A stretch of DNA of 64,000 nt. Source: Dipteris shenzhenensis (Eukaryota). Below the pieces are notes generated by a model that was given only the letters and a program-made list of their open reading frames with translations, was not told where the DNA came from and made no database searches. The translations under genes and the position numbers were made by a program. Location: the NCBI GenBank assembly GCA_047967505.1, contig CM106538.1; one strand, 5' to 3'. Below, piece after piece: positions 10,770-21,246 of this stretch (the stretch's first letter is position 1; each line of letters begins with the position of its first letter).

Positions 10770-13318
10770 AGAAATTGGATGCAAAAGTCACGCAAATGCA
10801 TCATGGTTGGGTACATTGAAGAAAGCAAAGCATACAAGTTGTAAGATCCCATCAAGCACAAGGTCATTATCTCCAGAGATGTAGTCTTTGATGAGGTATT
10901 GGAATGGAAAATCTCAAATACATAGGAGATAGACACACCGATTACTCAATCATCTACAATTTGATTGATGAAGAAGAGCAAGAATTGCTAGAAACACCCC
11001 GAGATGAACCACAATAGCTTAGATAGTCTACTAGGGAAAGTAGACCTCCAGCCAGATTGACATATGCTCAGAAAGGCAAAGCAATTCAGGTTGAAACCAC
11101 CAACTATGCTCTTATGACTACCATCATGGATACAAAAAAGCCAGTGCACTTTGAAGATGTAGTTGACAAGCCAAAATGGAAAACTACTATGAATGAAGAA
11201 ATGGATGCTTTGTACAAGAATAATACTTGGGAATTATGCGACCTTCCACCAAGAAAGAAGGCCATAGCAAACAAATGGGTATACAAAGTGAAGTACAATC
11301 CAAATGGAAGCATTCAAAGATACAAAGCCAGATTAGTTGCAAAAGGATTTGCATAGCAATATGGTCAGGATTATAATGAGACTTATGCTCCAGTAGCAAA
11401 GATGGATTCCATATGGTTCTTAATATCACTAGCGACACTCAGAAGATGGAATGTGCACCAGCTCAATGTCAAGAATGCATTTCTCAATGGTTACCTAGAC
11501 AACAAATTCTACATGCAACAACCAGTAGGCTATGTTAAACCAGGAAAGGAGAATAAGGTTTTCCATCTTAAGAAAGGTCTCTATGGCTTGAAGCAAGCAC
11601 CCAAAATTTGGTACAATAGAATCGACAAGTATTTTGCTGATATGGGATACATGAAGTCCAATGTAGATCATACTCTCTACTACAAAGTTCAAGGGGAAGA
11701 CATTACTATTGCACTTTTGTACATAGATGATCTGATTGTGATAGGAAGCAAGGATAGATTCATCAGAAAGCTAAAACAAGACTGATTTGTAGAATTTGAC
11801 ATGAAAGATCTTGGAATTGAGTTTTGGAAAGATCTTCGACTTATGGACTATTGTCTTGGAATTGAGTTTTGGAGAGATTCAGACAACACCTTTATGAGTT
11901 AGCTCAAATATGTCGATAGTCTCCTGAAGAAATTTCATATGGTAGATTGTAAGATTGCAGCCACTCCCATGGAACAGAGTTTGAAACTTACTAAAGATTC
12001 AAAAAAGCCTACAGTCAATGATAGGTACTACAGGCAACTCATCGAATCTCTTATATATTTGACTATCACAAAGAGTCTTGAGATACATAAGAAGTACAAG
12101 ACAGTTTGGGATAGAATACAAAGGAAGTCATCCACGGTCACATGGATACTGTGACAGTGACTATGTCGGAGATCATGAGACCAAGAGATCCACACAACGA
12201 TATGCATTTTTCCTTGGTCAAGGTGCCATATCATGGTTGTCAAACAAATGGCCAACTATTTCTTTGTCTTTGACTGAAGTAGAATATGTTGAGATATCGA
12301 GCTCCACTCATGATATGCCAGGGTGACCGTTGTGCATTTATGTCACTGACTTGTTAGCTGTAGATGCAGTTGGTACACCGCCCATGAATAATAGCTGGAT
12401 GACAGCTATCTTTATGTACTCTAGTTAGTGGCTTAGTTAGTATGCCACCTTAGTTAGCCGAGTTTGGTTTGAGACCCACATATAGGGTTCACCTATTCTT
12501 TTGTACTAAGAGAGAGTTCTTTTGGCTTTCACAACTAAGAATAGGAAAACTATTTTCAGCCTCCACCTTTGTGTGTATTTCCCCATTGTGTATGTGAGAA
12601 AGCCGCAAGTGAGACTCCTTCCTTCTCTCCCACTCTCTTTACAGAATATAGGGCACTCATTACAGGTGCATGTGAGGCTATATGGCTCAAAAGACTATTG
12701 TCAAAAATAGATTACTATGATGAATCAAAGCCAACAACAATATATTGTGATCACCAATTGGCTCAAGCATTGGCCAAGAATCTAGTATATCACTCTAGGA
12801 CAAAGCACATTGATGTCAAAAAGCACTTCATCAGAGAAAGAATGTTACTTGGTGACATCACACTGTAGCATTGTGATAGCAAAGAGAATGTTGCAGACAT
12901 CTTTACCAAACCACTTGGTAAAGAGCTTTTCGAGAAACACCGACAAGCTCTTGGTTTAACACAGAGGAAGGGCATTCCCATTAAAGGGGTGTGATGGAAT
13001 GTAAGGCTCAATCCTTCCTCTATTCCCTAGAATCACCATCTTGAGGGAAGGCCTACTTTATGATGTTGACCTTGAGGGAAGGTTTTGAGAGATCACGCTC
13101 AACATCATGTGATCATATGTGCACAACACTGACCCAATAGAGTACTATAAAGGAAAGGGTTGGATGCCCTAACCCTAACCCTAACCCTAAATGGGTTTGT
13201 ATATATTCTACATTTTCCACTAAATCTAGTGTATAGTTAGTCATTTGTGGTATGCTCTCTAGCTGTGCCCTCTCTCCTCATCTCCACTCTTCTCCTCTCC
13301 CCTCTTCATATTTTGTCA
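10770..13318 (+). mobile_element. 3' half of an old Ty1/copia family A copy (end of INT, RT, RNase H, double PPT, 3' LTR 13083-13318)
   Basis: Colinear with the younger minus-strand copy at 47502-55151 (TYAQKGKAIQVETTNYALMTTIM, RYKARLVAKGF, LYIDDL, YHSRTKHIDV). The LTR matches that copy. Many stops. Confidence 0.93.
12287..12643 (+). mobile_element. Solo LTR of copia family B with 5-bp TSD GAATA
   Basis: TGTTGAGA...TTTACA, with GAATA at 12282-12286 and 12644-12648. It matches the reverse complement of LTR 40399-40749 and splits the host RNase H motif TEVEY/RAL. Confidence 0.95.
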
Positions 13319-13499
13319 AGTTTGTGGGGTGCTATAGAGTACGATCTTGTATTATCTCTTAGTGAACTATTCTTTCTTTGTATTAATTCCCATTATCAAT
13401 TTAATTTTTTATTTTTAAAAAAGAACATTATGATGAGAAAAAACCTTAACACAAGTTCTAGATGGACCAAAGCACAACTCATATACATTTTTCATGGAA

Positions 13500-15700
13500 A
13501 GTGATCCATATGTCTAAATTTCACTAAATGCAAATATAAATTTGTTTGAACAATATATTATTTCATTGGTAAGAATGTCTTATAAAAATTCCTCTTCCAT
13601 TTTTTTGGCAAAGAAGACATTGACAACAAACCATAATTCCAGAGATAGTAGATCCTTGTCTCCAGGCTTCCAAATGGTTGTAAATATATATTGACTGCAT
13701 GCCCAATTGTGTCTGGTCTATTATAACCAAGTTCTATTGATTTAAGTATAGCTTCCATGCCACTCATCTGCTACTGTAGAGGTCTCATTTCTCTGAAGAT
13801 TCTAATTTGCACTTCTATTAATTGTATTGGTGGGTTGAGTTTTTGATTACTTTCTTGCTCTATTATGGGTACTTCAGTGCTCTTGTTTGACTTCTTTTGT
13901 ACAATGCTATTGGCTCTTGGGATCTTTGACATGCTCCATGTTGTAGCTATTTTTGGCATTGTCTTGGAGTTTTTGGAATGTTCTATGTGTTTGAGTGTCC
14001 AGAGTTTGCTTTTGAGAAGCTTTCACTACTTGTGCTATCTGGCTACATTGTTCAAAGTATTTATAAATTGGATGACTTGGTTATCATAGGTTGTGGTCCT
14101 GGTCCATATCTTATCGATTTGATGACCAGCCTAGCATCATGAAATTGTTTCAATTCCAATAGATAGGTCAAAGTCTTGTCATGAGCTCATCATCTATGGC
14201 AGCACCTATGAATGGATTTGGAAACAAGTAATATCTATACAAAATTTTAAGTAGTATGCACATTCTTGAGATAGGGTCTTAAAGTGTGCTTCCATAGAAC
14301 GATTGTCCCATAAAAAACATGTATGAAATCCTTTACACAATCTTCTTGTCCCAAGTCATGAAGAAACAAAATTTTCTTCTTGCTACATGCTCCAAAATCT
14401 TGGATCCTTGGTAGAACTTTCATCTTCAAATAACATGACCACACTCCAACAATAAAATATTTACAAGTCAAGAGTCCATCATGATCTAGAATAAGTGAAA
14501 GTCATGCTTTTCTTGATCTTCTTAGAGAATTTGCTAAACATGTCATCAATGTCCTCATGTGTATGACCCACCATAAGAAATCCCAGTTGTATAACCTTGA
14601 ATGTCCCTCGTGCCACTAAAAAGCGATAAAAGTGAAAACAAGGAGCGATTTTTATACTCTAATCCACAATTGCCAAGTTGTCATTGTAAGTTCTTAGGAA
14701 ATAATTTGAACTCCATTTGAGCATCCGATGCTATCATATTATCCACACACATGTTTTGATTGATATTATCTTCGTGATGATCCATTGTCTTTTGTGAATT
14801 TAGTGCACGTAGAGGTGCATTGCTTGATCTCAACATACCATCCTTTGCTAGATTGCCCTTCTCATGTCTCTCCAACCTCTCTAAGTTTTGTAAACACATG
14901 GTTAATGATGAAATAGTGAAGTTTGGGTCAAGAGGCCATAGTCTCAAAGCAAAGTGACCATATTTCCCTTCCGCATGACCATGTGTAATAACTCCTATTA
15001 GTGAAACTAAAAATTGAGGGCATTTGTCCATCTCTTTTGATCACACCCTCAATATTGGTATTGCTTTATTTTGTTGATCCATCTTGTCATGTATGATACA
15101 AAAGTTATTTTTGAATTCAATTCCGATGCCAAGTGCCATGCACAATAGTGGTTTCTACTTGTTGCTATAGCATGTGACATCGATGTCACCTCAAGAGTTT
15201 TAAATCACATTTTTGTATACATTTTGTTTCCCCCAGCTATTCTTTGATCTCTAAACAGGTGCTTCACTTGGATAACTCACCCATCTTTAAAATACTTACA
15301 TGCTTGAAATCTGTGGTCCATATTCGATTGAATGTGGACATAGACATATCCTTATACCCCAGTTGTCCCAATGTGCTATTAACTTCGTTGAATATGTCTA
15401 CTTGCTTATACTCATCTCCAACTATCATGTATACTAATTCAATCATAATCCTCAAGCATCTCCTGACATTGAATTAGTGTCCCACCACCAGCTCCTCCAT
15501 TCTCAAGGTCCAAAGCATTGTGTTGTGTTATGTCCTCACCTTCATTACATTTTTACTAGTACACTTGACAAAACTACCAACATCATCACAAACTTTGCAT
15601 GCATCATCAGTTGGAAATGGCAAAAGTGCATGACTATTGAGACTTTTCTCTATTGTCTCAACAAGATTTGGAAATGTTTTGACCTTATGGCTAAAATCTA
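13500..15700 (-). pseudogene. Decayed Sola-like / DUF7869-type DDE transposase
   Basis: Minus-strand translation gives CIIHDKMDQQNKAIP (~15060-15100), PKNLQ*QLGNCGLEYKNR (~14645-14700) and LVARGTFKVIQLGFLMVGHTHEDIDDMFSKFSK (14521-14620). These fit the DxMDQ / LQLDNCxxENKN / GHTHEDID pattern. Outer limits are approximate. Confidence 0.75.
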
Positions 15701-16600
15701 ATGACCCAAATCTATATGGAGAATGAGAAAAAATTTTAAGTGCTGCCTCATAAAAAAGATATGGAAAAGTTTTGACCTTGCGGCCAAATCCTTTTTAGTG
15801 TCTGCATATGTGTAAATCTATGTGTGTGTGTGTGTGTGTGGGAAAGTTTGACCTTATAGACAAATCTTATGAATAAGATGAGGAAAAGCTTTGACCTTGT
15901 GGCAAAATTATCATGGGTCAAAAGTTTTTCTTGTGAGATACTCTTCATGTTGACCTTGTTTCCCTTGAAAGTTTTGGCCAGAAGGTCTAAACTTTCACAC
16001 ATCTGGTTCAAGATGTCATCCCTGAGGGACGGTTTGGAAGGCCTCACAAAGTTTTCTCCTTGTGGCCAAATCTTATTCTAGAGTGGTGCTCTTAACAAGA
16101 TTTGGAAATGTTTTGACCTTGTGGCCAAATATACTAAGCAAAGTCTCAAAGGAGAGTGAGAAAAATTATTAAGTTTTGCCTCATAAATAGGCTACGAATT
16201 TTTTTAAACCTTTTGACCAAATCTTTTCAAGTGTCTACATATGTATGTGTGTGTTTGAGGGAATGTTTTGACCTTATGGCCAAATATTATGAACAAGATG
16301 AGGAAAATCTTGTGAGATGCTCTTCATGATCTTGTTTCCCTTTATAAGATTGGACCACAAGGTCTAAACTTTCACACATCTGGTTCAAGATGTCATCCCC
16401 CATGGATAGTTTGGAAATCCTCACAAAGTTTTTACCTTGTGGCCAAATCTTATTATAGAGTGGTGTTCTCAATAAGATTTGGAAACATTCTAACCTTGTG
16501 GTAAAATCTAATGACCCAATTCTCTATGGAGAATGAGGAAAATTTTCAAATGCTACCTCATTAATAAGTCATGGAAACGTAAATTTGTGGCCAAATGTTC
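15660..16600. repeat. ~380-430-bp tandem duplication (~2.3 units) built on a dispersed GACCTTGTGGCCAAAT motif
   Basis: aacaagatttggaaatgttttgacctt at ~15660, ~16093 and ~16471 (degenerate). ggtctaaactttcacacatctggttcaagatgtcatccc at ~15984 and ~16362. About ten copies of the short motif. Confidence 0.85.
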
Positions 16601-17051
16601 TTCTTATATGCTCTTATATGCATTTATTTTTATTAATAGCTATAGCACTGTTTGGGGCTCTAGCCCACTCCACATATCTCTTACTCGGGGTTTATGTTCT
16701 ATTGTCCCTTAGGTAATCTCCACCCATAATCTCCACCCATAATTCGATAATCCATATCAATAGTGGGACCGAGCTTCAGTATTTGCACCAGCATAGTACC
16801 CTCGGATGTATTTGGCTCAATTGGGAGGTCACAATCTATCAATATGACTAGCAGACATCCCATCTTAAGATGGTCCTACTCGGGGCTACCAATACCCTAC
16901 CCACAATTGTATTAAAGTAGTATTAGTGAGCCCCTGACTCTTATGTTATTTCAATATTATGACATAGTGTCCTTTCTATTGGCAAGTTCGATCTCCTCTT
17001 ATTTAGAGGCATTAAACTGTGACCACCCCTCAAAATCCTGCCAGGGGGGGA

Positions 17052-17127
17052 AGTGTGTGTGTGTGTGTGTGCATATGTGCATGCATGCATGCATTCATGC
17101 ATGTGTGTGTTCATGCGTGCGTGTGTG

Positions 17128-17194
<67 letters not shown>
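17052..17194. repeat. (GT)n microsatellite with GCAT interruptions
   Basis: Directly visible. Confidence 0.97.
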
Positions 17195-17197
<3 letters not shown>

Positions 17198-18182
17198 CAT
17201 ATATATTTAGTTATAAAATGGTAGACATATCAAGCATAGGTATATAGTAGAATACGTGTATTAAGCATCAATGTGGAGAAGCACACACAAGACGTGGAGC
17301 TATGTGGTGCCAAAATCCACATGATATTGAAGGACTAGGAGCTTAGGCCCCATCAATGAAGGGTTTCAGAAGGAGGGATACAGAGAACCTGAAGTAATAT
17401 CAAGTGCCTTGGGAGGGGATCTAGAATTGATTGTGAGTAGTAGGAACTAGAGTCCAGTAGTGACTACAATGGTAGCATGTGCAACTGGAATACTCCAAAT
17501 GGCAGACCAAATAGCATCATGAAGAGAGCCCTAACAAAGAGCCAAGTCTAAGGATGGGGAGATAAATGAGGAGGACTGGAACCACTTAGAATAAATGGAG
17601 GAGAACCAGGTATGGGGATAACATTATCTGGCCACCCCAGCTTCAAGCGCTTCTCATTTCTAGTAGAGAATTGGGCGGGGTAATGGACTGCAAACTTGGA
17701 GCATCGGGAACCACTGGTTTATTAGATAGTATGCACGAGCCAACTTTGTAGTGGTACTCAGAGCACCGTGCCTTTGTGCTAGAAGAGCAGCTCAGACTAG
17801 CCCATACTCCCTTAGAAACTCAGGATGCCGCCTTGACAATAAGTAGGTGGTGGTCTTGTGGTAGCACCTTGGAGTCGAGAGCCATGAAGGCTTGCCTCAT
17901 GGTAGTTGTGTAAATACATCGATTAATATGGAAATTCATGTAAGTTTTATTGTTTGCATGACGATTATTATCCGCTATTTGGCCAATGTTTAAGAAAGAG
18001 TTGCCTTCTTATGTGTTGAACGGCTTATGTTCTTAGTGGCATACTAGCCTCTACACCAGCTACGACCTCCCATAGAGTAAATATGGAGGGAAAAAATTTC
18101 ATCGTGGCATCACGACCTGAGAGGGTTGGGCTATACAGAGCCTCTCCCAGCCTCATCCCTTGGGTGTTAAGTAGTTTTAACT

Positions 18183-19900
18183 ATGTTCAGCAAATCTGCG
18201 AATGACACTATCATTGAGTTGGATTCTCATGAACTTAAGGAGAACCTAGATTCCATGAAGCTACTACTCTTACAACTATCCTTTAATGATTGGTGCCGCA
18301 TCCTAGTACTTGGGAAAGGAAATGTTGATAAAGCGCTCTCATTAATCAAGCAACTAGCAGATAATTTGGAGCAACTTATGGAAGAGGACAACAGTGCACT
18401 ACTGGCTTTCGCTGAGAAGACTCCAGATACCGTGCAAAATTTGTTCTTACACTCTAATTTACCACCCCCAATAGGCCCAATATCCCTAGAATGCTTGGGC
18501 TTGAAATGCTTCTCCCTACCAAACCTCATCTAGCATTCCACAACACAACTTTTGTGACATGGAGGGATTATCTAAAGAGGATAAAAAAGCAATATGCTCT
18601 GGCCAGTTAATGACCAATACAGTCACCCCAAAGAAGATCTCCACAAGGATGTGTACAAATCCCTTCTTCGCCCCGTGGGTACTAGAAGCTGAGTTAAGTG
18701 CATATGATAATAAAACATGGGAACTCCATGATATGAATCTACTAGCCCCCTTTGCACTAGACACATGGCTATTTTTTGCAGATTTGATCAGCCTAGAGAA
18801 GAATATAAAGGATGAGGCTAAAAGAGCAACATACAATTTCCACATTAGCATTGTCCACAATTATCCAGTTGCCTCAATCTTCTTGATGTCTGCATTTGCC
18901 TCAGGGAGATGCACTTCGCCACCAGTAGGAGTGTTGGAAGATGCAAAAGTAGAATTTCAAAAACTGAGAAGAGGACCCCAAAGTACTTTAATGATATATT
19001 CAATGTGGGGCATCCATATGTAAAGTGCAGATGTGTGGAAGAGAGCATAGATTATAGGGCATAGCCGCTCTGGTATGACCATGCAATATGGCTCATTGCC
19101 CATAATCTACCTTCCTTTTTTCCAAATCAACCATTAAAAGCAACATTCACCTCTTTCCTCCTATTTATGAAAACAAATGACATGGTTATGTTTTGCAAAT
19201 TCTCTCAATTTCTACTACATGAGGGAGCTAGTCCTTATAGTAGTGAAGAACTTAGAGAAAAATCCACAAGCTCCACTTTTACCACAAACCTCTCCCAGTG
19301 TTGTTTCATATGGGGAATTGATGCTCAGATTACCAGAAGCCTAGCCTTTGAGGGCATATGGCCCAAATAGAAAAGCAAGGTTTGTGGGACAAACGTGCAT
19401 GACGACAAGACACAACCGCAATACCCCTTATCCCCACAAAGAGGCCAATCAGTAGGCAGTAGACTCATAGATCGGCAACCTACCATAGAGTGTTCAGTCC
19501 ATTTGGATAGCTTGGAGTCATACGTATGAACTACAAAAGCTCTGAGAGGTACCAAAATAATCTCTTACATGAGTACGCATGGACATAATTTTCCAGTTTG
19601 ACATTTGCTATATGATGAGAAGGAATAGATACTAATAAGTATGTGTCTATTTACAGAGATTTCTCTCTTTGATGCTGCCTCATGGAAAATTGACATTGAC
19701 ATGTAATTGGGATACTCCTAATACTTTTATTCATGTCATCTTTGAGGCCCTTATGGGGAAAATCCTAGAGTCCTATGACAAGGAAGACTACAACATCACA
19801 ATCCGAGATGTATATCTATAGACCTATTGGGAGAGATCTTCTAGATGAAGATTTCAGTAGCACATGTGCCATTGGATGATAGTAAATGCTACATGAATAT
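18183..19900 (+). pseudogene. Decayed coding region, unidentified
   Basis: Consecutive plus-strand ORFs of protein-like composition (18183-18533, 18559-19023, 19167-19370) separated by short breaks. No recognisable motif. Confidence 0.35.
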
Positions 19901-20402
19901 TTTGACACAGTTAATGACTCCTCCTTATAGGGATATCTGATAAAAAAGACACTATCTAAAGGTCTTTGAGTGGTTTGAGATTTTTGTTAGAATTTATTGG
20001 CCTCAAGAAAAGTGTGGGTTATGTGCTCTGACCATACATTACATGGATTGCCATAGCCTTGGAGGATAGCCTGGAGGTATACTTGCTCTCCACTTTTGAC
20101 AAAGCCTTCCAAAAGCAGCTTAAGGGTGTGAGGGGCTAGGTACATTTTAAACTCAGCCCTCATTTGTTTAAGCTTTATTATCAGCTCACATTTGGACAAG
20201 TGCAGTGTGGTTGAACCATTCTGGCAATTGGTGGTGGAGTAGGGCCATTCGGTGCCAACAATACCAAGAAGAGGAGTGGCACAAGGTTGGAAAACAAAGG
20301 TAGTGACAAGGTCCTTGAGGATCACATTTAGCAAGTGTAAGATAAAGCCCCGAGTGGCAACAATCTAGTTTGACTAAATTACCTAAGTTACTTCACAGAG
20401 TG

Positions 20403-20640
20403 CTATCTGGATACTACATGCAAGTATTTATGGCTCTTTATAAAACTAACTATAGTGTTCGCATCTTGTAGCATTGGTTGCATAAATGGAAATTGTCCAA
20501 TATCTTTCAATAATAAGTTGAGAGTATGAGCACCACATTGCACCCATGTCTGAGTGGGATACTTTGCCATGATCATCTCACCCGCGGTCTTATAATTTGA
20601 TACATTATCTGTTACTAACACAGTAAGTTGTAACATTTTC
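20403..20640 (-). pseudogene. hAT-like transposase fragment (DUF659 region)
   Basis: VTDNVSNYKTAGEMIMAKYPTQTWVQCGAHTLNLLLKDIG matches the plant hAT pattern VTDNAxNxxxAG...WxxCxAHxLNLLLKDI. Confidence 0.9.
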
Positions 20641-20717
20641 ACTGCCACCAACTTTATGAATTTCTCTTCTCTCATATCACGATCATCATCACGTCCATGG
20701 CCATGATCATCCTCCTT

Positions 20718-20974
20718 CTCGGGGGGTTCACCTTAAAAGTTTAGTGTACCACATGCATTCAAAAGGAGGGGTATCTTAATCCATCTTTTTGGAAAAATTT
20801 CATAGAATTACAATAACAGGAGGGGTTTTTATATTCAAATTTTGAAAAAAAAATCACTTAGCTCATAAGTAAAGAGGTGTGTTTTAATTGTGGGATAAAT
20901 TTTAGTTGAGGGTTCTTTTAATAACCTTTGAATGCATGTGATACATAGGGTTTCTTACTAGTGCACCCCTCGAG
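20718..20974 (+). mobile_element. MITE (copy 1), 257 bp, imperfect TIRs, 8-bp TSD
   Basis: Ends CTCGGGGGGTTCAC / GTGCACCCCTCGAG, flanked by TCCTCCTT and TCCTCCAT. Homologous to 63471-63723. Confidence 0.85.
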
Positions 20975-21246
20975 TCCTCCATACACTCCATATTAGTAAA
21001 TATACTATACATCACTTTGGAACGTGGCTTAATAGGTATGATTTGCCACCACCTATTATTATCCACCATTGGTTTGATAGACAACATATTCAAACACAAA
21101 TACAAACATGTTATTTTCCTTGCATTGAAGGTATCAAATATAAATTAGTGAGCATTTTCATATATGTGTATAGTACCTATTCACATTGTTGTGGTAGTAC
21201 TAGTGTGTCCTTCTTGCTTTGCCAAAACTTTGTGGAGTCAATCGTT

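Noticed and set aside
16943-17224. Cys/Val-repeat ORFs
   Set aside because: Translation of the (GT)n microsatellite.
17018-18120. Possible LTR followed by degenerate PBS (TGGCATCACGACC at ~18105)
   Set aside because: No partner LTR, TSD or gag/pol downstream, and the PBS match is weak.
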